This document shows positions 9,167 to 17,755 of a stretch of DNA of 64,000 bases, one piece after another (within the stretch, counting starts at the first letter, position 1; each line of letters begins with the position of its first letter). The stretch is from assembly GCA_902764145.1 (NCBI GenBank), contig CACWUS010000003.1:2980-66979 (forward strand), given 5' to 3'. Source of the DNA: an uncultured Erysipelotrichaceae bacterium. GTDB lineage: Bacteria > Bacillota_I > Bacilli_A > RF39 > UBA660. Both the position numbers and the translations under genes were made by a program. Under the pieces are notes generated by a model. It was not told where the DNA came from. It was given only the letters and a program-made list of their open reading frames with translations, and did not search any database.

Positions 9167-10183
9167 ATTATCATATTCATCATAAATATTTCCAACTATT
9201 TCTTCAACAGCATCTTCTACACTAACAATACCAATAAATTTATCATTTTTATATACCGCACATAAACTTTCATTTTTTTCTTGCATATATCTAAAGACAT
9301 CATCTATTTTTTTATTATATCTAAATTTATGTATTGGTCTAATTAAATTATTCAAATCAATTTCATTATTTTCACTTTTACTAAGTATTAAATCTTTAAC
9401 ATTTAGTACACCAATAATATTATCTATATTATTCTTATATACAGGATATCTTGAAAATTTAGTTTCTTTAATAATAGATAATATATTTTTAAAGTCATCA
9501 TCAATATTTACTAGTGATACATCATTTTTAGGTGTCATTACTTGTTCAACTTTTATATCATTAAATTCAAATATATTTAATATATATTCTTTCTCTTTTT
9601 CTTCTATTATTCCTTCTTCTTTACCAAGAAGTATAATTTTTTTAATATCATTTTCTGTTAAATTATTCTTTTTATCTTTTATTCTAAATATTTTGCAAAC
9701 TAACAAAGTAGATAATGTTAATAATTTAATTAATGGATAAAAAATTATCCTTGTTACATTTATTAAACCTACAAACAAGCTTGCTATTCTATATGGATTA
9801 TTTATTGCTATCTTTTTTGGTACTAATTCACCAAATACTAAAGTAAAATATGAAAGAATTATAGTTATTAAAACAACAAGTATTGTTCTAAACACTGATT
9901 TAGAAATAATAGTAATATTTACTACATTTACTATATAATCTGCAAAATACGATGAAGCAAATGCACTTGCTAAAAAACCAGCTAATGTAATTGCTACTTG
10001 TATAGTGGATAAGAACATTGATGTATCTTCAAGTATTTTAGAAATAGCTATAGCCTTTTTATTATTCTTACTAACTTCACTTCTTAATTTAATTTTATCA
10101 ATACTTAAAAAAGCAAGTTCACAAGATGAGAATATGCCATTTATCAAAATAAGAATGATTAATAAAATTAAACTTTTTATCAT
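9149..10183 (-). CDS. CNNM/DUF21 plus CBS-pair membrane protein (TlyC/CorB-like, lacks CorC_HlyC tail)
   Basis: 344 aa with N-terminal polytopic DUF21-type helices, then VEQVMTPKNDV... and a second CBS repeat. It ends right after the CBS pair. Confidence 0.8.
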   Translation of the reverse strand: MIKSLILLIILILINGIFSSCELAFLSIDKIKLRSEVSKNNKKAIAISKILEDTSMFLSTIQVAITLAGFLASAFASSYFADYIVNVVNITIISKSVFRTILVVLITIILSYFTLVFGELVPKKIAINNPYRIASLFVGLINVTRIIFYPLIKLLTLSTLLVCKIFRIKDKKNNLTENDIKKIILLGKEEGIIEEKEKEYILNIFEFNDIKVEQVMTPKNDVSLVNIDDDFKNILSIIKETKFSRYPVYKNNIDNIIGVLNVKDLILSKSENNEIDLNNLIRPIHKFRYNKKIDDVFRYMQEKNESLCAVYKNDKFIGIVSVEDAVEEIVGNIYDEYDNKKNIS

Positions 10184-10209
10184 ATGTCACCTATTATATT
10201 ATATCACAA

Positions 10210-11211
10210 TTATTTATTTAATTCTTCACTTAAACTTTTTGTTATTGTTCTAGGACCTCTTACTGCTTTTACACCTAATTGTTTCATTTTATCAAGTGTA
10301 AAACTAAATCTATTATATTTTTTTATCTTTTTGAGTAACATTTGTTCTTTATTTTGTTTATAACCAGAACCTATAACTTCGCATTTATACATAATTGCAG
10401 AATATGGTACCCCTACATAAATATACACACTGTCACCAGGTACTATACTTTTAATATATTTCCAACTTACTATTTCATTTGAATCTAAATAACCAATTAC
10501 ATCAAAATAACTAGTATTAGTTGGTATTACCCATTCATTAGGTTTACTTATTAAATTATATGAATTATCTATTAAATCAAATATTTCTTTAGTATCCAAA
10601 CTATTATCAAGACAAATAGTTATCCAACTATCTTTATTCATATGATAACCTTTGAATATATTTTTATCATTGATAATATTTATTACTTCATCTTTCTGGT
10701 ATCTTAAATTGATTATTTCTATATTTCCACTTTCTTTTTTAGAGAGTTTCGATTTATCTATAACTGCTATTAATGCATACCATTTATTATTATTTTTATT
10801 TCTTATAACAGCAAAACTATCAAATTTTTCCCAAAGAAATTCTAAAGTACCATTATATTTTTCTTTTATATATTCAATCACTTCTTTTGTCTGATCAGCT
10901 TTATATACATTTTTAGTTGTACAATCATTTATAAAATTTTCTAGGACTTCCTCATATTTATTTCTTACATTTGTAACAAATTCTCCAATTGCATTTTCAT
11001 TATAAGCTGGTAAATATTCTTCGTTTATATCTATTTCTATAATTGATGTAGTTACTTTATCATTAATTATATTTATAATAACTTTAAAATCTTCTAATAT
11101 TATTTTCTCATAATAATAACAATTATCTTTTTTAATAAATCCAAAACTAATAAGTTTATCATAATTAATAACTCTATTTTTTAATAAATTATCTATTTTT
11201 TTCATAAGCAC
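10210..11211 (-). CDS. MmcQ/YjbR-family domain fused to a C-terminal PUA-like (EVE/ASCH-type) domain
   Basis: The middle region (FAVIRNKNNNKWYALIAVI...GYHMNKDSWITICLD) fits the YjbR/MmcQ fold pattern. The C-terminal EWVIPTNTSYFDVIGYL...VSWKY...VPGDSVYIYVGVPYSAIMYKCEV fits the pattern of PUA-like beta-barrels. Motif level only. Confidence 0.55.
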   Translation of the reverse strand: MLMKKIDNLLKNRVINYDKLISFGFIKKDNCYYYEKIILEDFKVIINIINDKVTTSIIEIDINEEYLPAYNENAIGEFVTNVRNKYEEVLENFINDCTTKNVYKADQTKEVIEYIKEKYNGTLEFLWEKFDSFAVIRNKNNNKWYALIAVIDKSKLSKKESGNIEIINLRYQKDEVINIINDKNIFKGYHMNKDSWITICLDNSLDTKEIFDLIDNSYNLISKPNEWVIPTNTSYFDVIGYLDSNEIVSWKYIKSIVPGDSVYIYVGVPYSAIMYKCEVIGSGYKQNKEQMLLKKIKKYNRFSFTLDKMKQLGVKAVRGPRTITKSLSEELNK

Positions 11212-11258
11212 TCCATATTAGTATAACACAAAATAAAACTTATATTTTAAATATAAGT

Positions 11259-12623
11259 TTATTTTATTAATAATTCTATTATTTCTTTAGCAGCTTTTTT
11301 TCCTGCCTCCATAGCAAGTATTACAGTAGCGCTACCAGTTACAGCATCTCCTCCTGCATATACATTTTTTAGAGATGTTTTTGTTTCATCAACTACTATT
11401 AAACCATTATCTGTCATTTCAATTTTAGAGCCTTTTAAACTACCATGATTAGGACTTGTCCCAAGAGCCATTACAACCATATCACATTTAACTTCAAATT
11501 CGCTTCCTTTAATTTCCCTAACTTCTCTTCTTTGACCTTCAACTTTATCTAGTAGTTCCATTTTAACTACTTCCATACCAATTACATTATTATTTTCATC
11601 AGTAAGTATTCTTTTAGGATTTAAAAGTGTATCAAATATTACTCCCTCTTCTTTGGCATGTATTACTTCCATTTTACGAGCTGGTAATTCTTCTTCACTA
11701 CGTCTATACATTAAATGTGCTTCACTTCCAAGTCTTCTAATGCTACGCACTGCATCCATAGCTACATTTCCACCACCAATAACATAAGCTATTTTACTCT
11801 TTTTTATTGGAGTTTTTGAGTCACTTTTATATGCTTTCATTAAATTAATACGAGTAAGTATTTCATTAGCCGAAAAAACACCATTAGCATTTTCTCCTTC
11901 AATTCCCATAAACTTTGGAAGACCAGCTCCACTACCAATAAATACAGCACCATATTCTTTTTCCAAAGTATCAAGTGTTATTGCATTTCCCACAGGTACA
12001 TCAGTTTTAATATTAACGCCAAGTTTAATTAAATTATCTACTTCACTTTCAACTATTTTTTTAGGAAGACGAAATTCTGGTATACCATAAGTAAGAACAC
12101 CTCCAGATTTTTGTAATACTTCATATATTGTTACATCAAATCCATTTTTAGCTAGTTCTCCTGCACATGTAAGTCCAGATGGTCCTGATCCTACAATTGC
12201 AATTTTTTTACCATTCTTTTTAATTTTATTAACTGAGTTTAAATTATTTTCAATAGCATAGTCTGCTACATATCTTTCAAGAGCTCCTATCGCTATAGCT
12301 TCACCTTTAAGACCTCTTATACACATACTTTCACATTGACGTTCTTGAGGACATACTCTTCCACAAACAGCAGGCAAAGATGAAGATGATTTTATTATTT
12401 CATAAGCTAAAGGTAAATTGTCTTCTAAAATAGCATGAATAAATTCTGGTATTCTAATGTTTACTGGACATCCTGTTACACATCTTGGATTTTTACAATG
12501 AAGACATCTACTTGCTTCTTTTTTAGCTTCATCACTATTATATCCAAGTTCAACTTCAAGAAAGTTATTTATTCTTTCCTTAGGGCTTTGTACTCTTCCT
12601 TTTACTCTTTCATCATTAGTCAT
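11259..12623 (-). CDS. nfnB: NADH-dependent reduced ferredoxin:NADP+ oxidoreductase subunit B (GltD-like glutamate synthase small-chain homolog)
   Basis: 454 aa with N-terminal Fe-S Cys clusters (CLHCKNPRCVTGCPV, CGRVCPQERQCESMC) and two Rossmann GxGxxG motifs (VGSGPSGL, IGGGNVAMD). It overlaps the upstream NfnA-like gene by 8 nt. Confidence 0.85.
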   Translation of the reverse strand: MTNDERVKGRVQSPKERINNFLEVELGYNSDEAKKEASRCLHCKNPRCVTGCPVNIRIPEFIHAILEDNLPLAYEIIKSSSSLPAVCGRVCPQERQCESMCIRGLKGEAIAIGALERYVADYAIENNLNSVNKIKKNGKKIAIVGSGPSGLTCAGELAKNGFDVTIYEVLQKSGGVLTYGIPEFRLPKKIVESEVDNLIKLGVNIKTDVPVGNAITLDTLEKEYGAVFIGSGAGLPKFMGIEGENANGVFSANEILTRINLMKAYKSDSKTPIKKSKIAYVIGGGNVAMDAVRSIRRLGSEAHLMYRRSEEELPARKMEVIHAKEEGVIFDTLLNPKRILTDENNNVIGMEVVKMELLDKVEGQRREVREIKGSEFEVKCDMVVMALGTSPNHGSLKGSKIEMTDNGLIVVDETKTSLKNVYAGGDAVTGSATVILAMEAGKKAAKEIIELLIK

Positions 12624-13461
12624 TTTTTCCTCCTAGTTTCTTAATCATCTCATCCATTTTAATTTTTTCTTCATCTCTATAAATATTCATTCTTTTTAAA
12701 GCTGAATCAAAATTAACTTTATGACCATCAAACTCAGGACCATGTATACAGGCAAACTTAGGTTTACCATCTACTTCGCACCTACAAGCACCACACATAC
12801 CACTACCATCAATCATAAGAGGATTCATACTTACTATTGTTTTAACATTATATTTTTTTGTCAAATCGCAAACACTTTTCATCATAATTACTGGGCCTAT
12901 TGCTACTACTATGTCATAATTATTAATATTTTTTTCAAGTATTGTTGTAACAAAACCTTTAGTACCAAAAGATCCATCATCAGTAGCATACATTACCTTA
13001 TTAGCTACACTTTCTAATTTATCTCTAATTATAAATAAATTAGCTGTTCTTGCTCCATATATAACATCAACTTTAAATCCTTTATCTTTTAAAAACTTAA
13101 CTTGTGGATATACTGGAGCTATACCAACTCCACCTCCAACATAGCATATTCTTTTCCCTTTATAATCATTTGGATTTGAACATATTATATTACCATTACC
13201 AAGTGGTCCAGAAACGCTAAACAACTCCTTTTTAACTTTTGATAATTCTAAAGTAGAAGCACCTACAACTTGATATATTAAATAAAGTAAACCTTTTTCT
13301 TTATCAATATCATATATTGTTAGTGGTATTCTCTCTGAATCTTCATATGACATTACTATTGCAAATTGTCCTGGAATTGCATTTTCAATTACGTGTGGAC
13401 AATCAATTGCAAGTTCATAAGTAATATCATTTATTTTTTTATTATATATAACTTTATACAT
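12616..13461 (-). CDS. nfnA: NfnA-like FAD/NAD-binding, 2Fe-2S subunit (sulfide dehydrogenase / PyrK-like)
   Basis: 281 aa ferredoxin-reductase fold with a C-terminal DGSGMCGACRC...C cluster, translationally coupled to the GltD-like gene. Confidence 0.8.
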   Translation of the reverse strand: MYKVIYNKKINDITYELAIDCPHVIENAIPGQFAIVMSYEDSERIPLTIYDIDKEKGLLYLIYQVVGASTLELSKVKKELFSVSGPLGNGNIICSNPNDYKGKRICYVGGGVGIAPVYPQVKFLKDKGFKVDVIYGARTANLFIIRDKLESVANKVMYATDDGSFGTKGFVTTILEKNINNYDIVVAIGPVIMMKSVCDLTKKYNVKTIVSMNPLMIDGSGMCGACRCEVDGKPKFACIHGPEFDGHKVNFDSALKRMNIYRDEEKIKMDEMIKKLGGKND

Positions 13462-13492
13462 ATACCCTCCTATCCTATAAAATATTTTAACA

Positions 13493-13521
13493 TAAAAAAA
13501 AGTAATAGTTAACTATTACTT
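13493..13521 (-). terminator. rho-independent terminator after lepB
   Basis: Palindrome AGTAATAGTT/AACTATTACT (13501..13520), followed on the minus strand by a T run (A7 at 13494..13500). Confidence 0.7.
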
Positions 13522-14013
13522 ATCAATACTTCCAAATTTATTAAATGGAAATAATCTATATTTTACTCTTCCTAAAATATCATCCCTAGTAAAATTACCA
13601 AGAACTCTACTATCTTTTGAAACAACTCTATTATCACCCATTACAAAATATTCATTAGATTTAGTTGTTTTTGTAAAATCTTCTGTATCACCAAAATCAT
13701 AATCAGTTTTTATTAGTTCTCCATTTATAAATAAATGATTGTCTTTATATGTAATTGTTTCATTAGGAAGTCCAATTACTCTTTTAATTATTTTGTCATT
13801 ATTTATTTCATTAGATACAACAACTATATCAAATCTTTTAATATCATCAAATCTATAAATAAACTTATTAATAATAACTAATTGTCCATCTTTAAGAGTA
13901 TTATCCATACTAGCCCCATCTACAATCGCAGGTGTAACTATAAATGTACGAACAATTACTACAACTAAAATAATAATTACATAGTCTTTTATTTCTAGCC
14001 AAACCTTTTTCAA
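13516..14013 (-). CDS. lepB: signal peptidase I
   Basis: 165 aa with an N-terminal TM, catalytic Ser box GASMDNTL, Lys box KRVIGLPNE and GDNRVVSKDSR. Confidence 0.93.
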   Translation of the reverse strand: MKKVWLEIKDYVIIILVVVIVRTFIVTPAIVDGASMDNTLKDGQLVIINKFIYRFDDIKRFDIVVVSNEINNDKIIKRVIGLPNETITYKDNHLFINGELIKTDYDFGDTEDFTKTTKSNEYFVMGDNRVVSKDSRVLGNFTRDDILGRVKYRLFPFNKFGSIDK

Positions 14014-14029
14014 ATTATCACCCTTTCTA

Positions 14030-14058
14030 ATAAAAAATTAGGTTTGAACAACCTAATT
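14030..14058 (-). terminator. rho-independent terminator after rplS
   Basis: Stem AATTAGGTT (14036..14044) / AACCTAATT (14050..14058) with a 5-nt loop and a minus-strand T run. Confidence 0.7.
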
Positions 14059-14391
14059 TCTTTCTTTAATTTTGAAACTTCCTGTAAGATTCTTTAAGAA
14101 GTTAAGTTTAGCTCTTCTAACTTTACCTTTTTTAACTACTGTAATCTTATCAATTAGTGGACTATTTACAGGAAATACTCTATTAATACCTACACTACCA
14201 CTTTTCTTTCTTACTGTAAATGTTTCAGAAACACTTCCACCTTTACGAGCAGTTACAATTCCTTCAAAAGCTTGAATTCTTTCTCTTTTACCTTCTTTAA
14301 TCTTAACATCAACTCTAACTGTATCTCCAACTTGAAATTCTGGAACATTAGGATTGATTTGCTTCTTATTGATTTTATCAATCAAATTCAT
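14053..14391 (-). CDS. rplS: 50S ribosomal protein L19
   Basis: 112 aa. [11 protein letters not shown]...[30 protein letters not shown] is the canonical L19 sequence. Confidence 0.97.
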   Translation of the reverse strand: MNLIDKINKKQINPNVPEFQVGDTVRVDVKIKEGKRERIQAFEGIVTARKGGSVSETFTVRKKSGSVGINRVFPVNSPLIDKITVVKKGKVRRAKLNFLKNLTGSFKIKERN

Positions 14392-14463
14392 ACGTACATG
14401 CCTCCTTTGTGCTTTATTTAATCATATATAAAATTAACAATATACAGCGGATTAAGCAATATG

Positions 14464-14492
14464 ATAATAACACAATTTTAAATCGATATCAA
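14464..14492 (-). promoter_or_regulatory. sigma-A type promoter of rplS
   Basis: On the minus strand, TTGATA (14492..14487), a 17-nt spacer and TGT-TATTAT (-10 at 14469..14464). This leaves a leader of about 65 nt before the SD AAGGAGG. Confidence 0.6.
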
Positions 14493-14501
14493 GTTTTTTC
14501 T

Positions 14502-15236
14502 TTAAATTCCAAGAGAAGTTATTGCTTTTATTTTATATAACTCTACATATTCCAAATCAGAATCTAATTTTATATAACCAACATGAACAAAATTATTAAG
14601 TCCTAAAACATAATCCATATCTTCAGTATAAGCATAATATAGTTTATTATCACTAATACTTACATCATATTTGTTAGTATTTTCTTCTATCTTATCATCT
14701 TCTACTATTTCATAACTATTAATACTATTCGTAATATTTTTTAATAAAGAACCATTGTTATCATAAATATTTAATACACCACTTCCAAAAAGAGTATTAT
14801 ATTCTTTAATTATATAATTATTGTCTGTTTTAAAAATAACAACACTTTCATCATAATAATAATTTTTAATAGTATCAATTTCTAAATTTACTTTATCATC
14901 AACAATAATACCAAGTTTAGTACAATAATTAATTTCATCTTCATCTATATGTTCTTTTTTTAAACACTTAATATTTATATTCATATTATTTTCATTTATA
15001 ACTTCACTTTTTATATTTTCTAAATCAATATTGTAGCAAGCATTATCTTCACAATTATCAAAGAAAGCTAGTTTTATATTATAAGCCATATTATTAGGAA
15101 TTGGATTATTAATATAAAAAGATTTATCTTCTTTTACTGGATTTTCCATTTTATCAAATTTCTTTTGAAGTAACAAATAAACAAAAAATAATAATATAAA
15201 TGATATTAAAAGAACTCTAAATATTTTTTTACTCAT
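14502..15236 (-). CDS. membrane-anchored extracytoplasmic protein (244 aa), translationally coupled to the FtsW/RodA gene
   Basis: I place the start at ATG 15236 (MSKKIFRVLLISFILLFFVYLL, single N-terminal TM), preceded by GGAGAG. It overlaps the FtsW/RodA stop (ATGAGTAA). No family recognised. Confidence 0.6.
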   Translation of the reverse strand: MSKKIFRVLLISFILLFFVYLLLQKKFDKMENPVKEDKSFYINNPIPNNMAYNIKLAFFDNCEDNACYNIDLENIKSEVINENNMNINIKCLKKEHIDEDEINYCTKLGIIVDDKVNLEIDTIKNYYYDESVVIFKTDNNYIIKEYNTLFGSGVLNIYDNNGSLLKNITNSINSYEIVEDDKIEENTNKYDVSISDNKLYYAYTEDMDYVLGLNNFVHVGYIKLDSDLEYVELYKIKAITSLGI

Positions 15237-16434
15237 TTTTACTCTCCATATATAATTTATATCTCTCTTCAGCTTTATTTTCAACATGTATCCTTTGAAC
15301 TATTGCAAATGATGATATTACAACTATACAAAATGATCCACCATAACTTAAGAATGGAAGTGGTACTCCAGTTAATGGAATAATACCAAGTACTCCACCT
15401 AAATTAACAAATATATGTAACATAAAATATATAGCTATGCCATAACATATAATTGAATTTTGAAGTTTATAGCACTCTTTTGATACTTTGAGTACTAAGA
15501 CAATTATAACTACATATCCTAATATAATAAGTACGCCAAATAAAGAACCTAACTCTTCTACAACAATTGGAAAAATAAAGTCAGTATGACTTGCTGGTAA
15601 ATACATATATTTTTGAACAGATTCACCTATTCCAGTTCCAAATAATCCTCCATTATCAATTGCTATATACCCATTACAAACTTGATAACCAGAATTTTCT
15701 TCATATCTATCACATGGACTCTTATATACAAGTCTATTTAATCTATAACTTTTATTTAATACATCTTCTGGAATAATTACATATGCAAATTTTAATACAA
15801 GTACACTAAATACTAAACCTATACATGCGATTGCTTTAACAACTTTAACTGTAGTATCTTTAGATGGAACACTCATAAAAACAAGAGCATATAAAGCAAG
15901 CATTATAGCTGCAGAACCAAAGTCTCCTCCAAGAAGAATAACAATTGCTGATACAGCGCATAAAAACAAAGGGAATAAAAATGAATACTTTTTATGATTT
16001 TTATTGTTAGCCCAGTCTCCATAATAAGATCCCATATACATAATTAAAAATACTTTTAAAAATTCACCTGGTTGAAATCTACCACCAAACATTGAAAGAG
16101 TAACATCATTAACAGATGTATTAATAGAATTTTCTATATACACATATAGTAGTGCACCTATAAAAAACAATGATGCAATTAAAGATAATCGTCTATATTT
16201 AGCAGTTGGTGTTTTAAGTACAAATATTGAAGCAATTATTGAATAACCAACAAATCTTAATTGTCTTATAAAAAAGTAATATTCGGAATCTGTTTTATAA
16301 TAAAGAACACTAGATATACTAGATGCATCTAGTATTAAAAAACATCCTAATATAGCATAAAGCAAAGTCAATAATAAAATTGGCTTATTAATATCTTTAA
16401 GAATCTTAACTTTTATTTTCTTTACTTTCTTCAT
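15229..16434 (-). CDS. FtsW/RodA/SpoVE family peptidoglycan glycosyltransferase
   Basis: 401 aa polytopic membrane protein with SEDS-family blocks (GGRFQPGEFLK, PASHTDFIF, TGVPLPFLSYGGS). Confidence 0.9.
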   Translation of the reverse strand: MKKVKKIKVKILKDINKPILLLTLLYAILGCFLILDASSISSVLYYKTDSEYYFFIRQLRFVGYSIIASIFVLKTPTAKYRRLSLIASLFFIGALLYVYIENSINTSVNDVTLSMFGGRFQPGEFLKVFLIMYMGSYYGDWANNKNHKKYSFLFPLFLCAVSAIVILLGGDFGSAAIMLALYALVFMSVPSKDTTVKVVKAIACIGLVFSVLVLKFAYVIIPEDVLNKSYRLNRLVYKSPCDRYEENSGYQVCNGYIAIDNGGLFGTGIGESVQKYMYLPASHTDFIFPIVVEELGSLFGVLIILGYVVIIVLVLKVSKECYKLQNSIICYGIAIYFMLHIFVNLGGVLGIIPLTGVPLPFLSYGGSFCIVVISSFAIVQRIHVENKAEERYKLYMESKNE

Positions 16435-16551
16435 ATTATCTAATACTTATTATATAAAAAAATGTTTTAAAAGTAAATTATAGATATATTTGTTGTGTCA
16501 AGAATTATTAGTAATTAATAAAATATTATAGATATTAAGGAGGTATATAAA

Positions 16552-16755
16552 ATGTATTATTATGGATATAATGGTGGTTATTCTTCTGGCAATAGTATGT
16601 ACTATAATACTTACCCAGGTTATTATAATTCATCATATGGATACGGAGCTGCATTTATATTAGTATTATTCATACTACTTGTTATAATATTTGGAGTTGG
16701 TTTTGTAAATAATAATTCTCTTGAACATGGTAATCACAATTGTTGTGGTAATTAA
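16552..16755 (+). CDS. YjcZ-like Tyr/Gly-rich tiny membrane protein (67 aa)
   Basis: Strong SD (AAGGAGG, 8 nt, ATG). A Tyr/Gly/Ser/Asn-rich N-terminus is followed by AAFILVLFILLVIIFGVGF, the hallmark hydrophobic core of the YjcZ sporulation-peptide family. It has an unusual C-terminal HGNHNCCGN tail. Confidence 0.65.
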   Translation: MYYYGYNGGYSSGNSMYYNTYPGYYNSSYGYGAAFILVLFILLVIIFGVGFVNNNSLEHGNHNCCGN

Positions 16756-16781
16756 AAAGGAAGCTTTAAAACTTCCTTTTT
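16754..16781. terminator. bidirectional terminator between convergent small membrane protein genes
   Basis: Stem AAAGGAAG (16756..16763) / CTTCCTTT (16772..16779), flanked by A and T runs. Confidence 0.65.
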
Positions 16782-17211
16782 ATTCTTTTGGTAATTCATT
16801 ATTCTCTTCTGTTTTATTATTACAAATAATATCATAAGTTGAATATTTACAAGTACTTGTTCCATCATTATTATCAACACAATTAGTAGCTTGTGGACAA
16901 ATATAAGCATTTCTCATTTCATCATTATCTAGTATGTATAGTCCCATTAAACTTATTGAGAAGAATACAGCTCCAAGTATACCAAGAATAAGACATGTTT
17001 TAGCCATTCCCATTCCCTTTTCTTTATCATTATTTGCTATTTGTTTTTTAGCAATACGAGCTACTACTGCTTGAACTATAGCTATAACTACCATACCAAT
17101 TATTACATACATTGGATTAATAAAATCACTTGGTACCCACATTAGAGCAATATTTATAATCATAAGTACTAATGCTACTATTGCTAATTTGTTTGTTTTC
17201 TTTTCTTCCAT
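16780..17211 (-). CDS. membrane protein with Cys-rich extracytoplasmic tail (143 aa)
   Basis: Three or four TM helices (DUF4190-like look), then a tail with 4 Cys (ICPQATNCVDNNDGTSTCKYSTYDIIC). Confidence 0.55.
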   Translation of the reverse strand: MEEKKTNKLAIVALVLMIINIALMWVPSDFINPMYVIIGMVVIAIVQAVVARIAKKQIANNDKEKGMGMAKTCLILGILGAVFFSISLMGLYILDNDEMRNAYICPQATNCVDNNDGTSTCKYSTYDIICNNKTEENNELPKE

Positions 17212-17264
17212 TTATATTACTCCTTCCTATTATAAGAATATCATAAATCTACAATCAAGTAAAA

Positions 17265-17747
17265 TTATTTTATTTTTCTATATAATACATGTTTATACTT
17301 TATACCTTCATCTTCATTTTCTAAAAGTTCTTCTCTATCATATAAACTTTTATCAAATGAAGGAAAGTATGCATCAGCATTATCACACTCTGCATCTATT
17401 TCAGTTAAGTATAGTTTGTTTGACAAATCAAGAAATGCTTTATATATAGATGCTCCACCTATAATAAATAATTCTTCACTAGTATCTTTATAATCTCTTA
17501 ATAAATCATCTATATTACTATATACGCTTACCTCTTTTGGAAAATTATTAGATTTTGATATAACAATATGATGTCTATTTGGAAGCAATCTTGGTAATGA
17601 TTCAAAAGTACGTCTTCCCATAATAATTGTTTTACCAGTTGTAGTTTCCTTAAAAAATTTTAAATCTCCAGGTAAATGCCATATCAAATTATTATCTTTT
17701 CCCAACTCATTATTTTTACCAATCGCAGCTATTATTGAAAAACTCAT
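17265..17747 (-). CDS. folA: dihydrofolate reductase
   Basis: 160 aa. IIAAIGKNNELGKDNNLIWHLPGDLKFFKETTTGKTIIMGRRTFESL is a canonical DHFR N-terminus. It starts 8 nt after thyA. Confidence 0.95.
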   Translation of the reverse strand: MSFSIIAAIGKNNELGKDNNLIWHLPGDLKFFKETTTGKTIIMGRRTFESLPRLLPNRHHIVISKSNNFPKEVSVYSNIDDLLRDYKDTSEELFIIGGASIYKAFLDLSNKLYLTEIDAECDNADAYFPSFDKSLYDREELLENEDEGIKYKHVLYRKIK

Positions 17748-17755
17748 ATTTACTC

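Noticed and set aside
14392-14463. Possible L19 ribosomal-protein leader (autoregulatory RNA) between the rplS promoter and the start codon.
   Set aside because: The leader is about 65 nt and AT-rich. I could not recognise a convincing conserved stem or the L19-leader consensus by eye. It needs a covariance-model search before it can be called.
16460-16495. Perfect TTGACA and TATAAT hexamers on the minus strand upstream of the FtsW/RodA gene.
   Set aside because: The spacer is only 13 nt by my count, incompatible with a functional sigma-A promoter. A weaker TATAAT closer to the ATG is the more likely -10, but it is not convincing enough to annotate.
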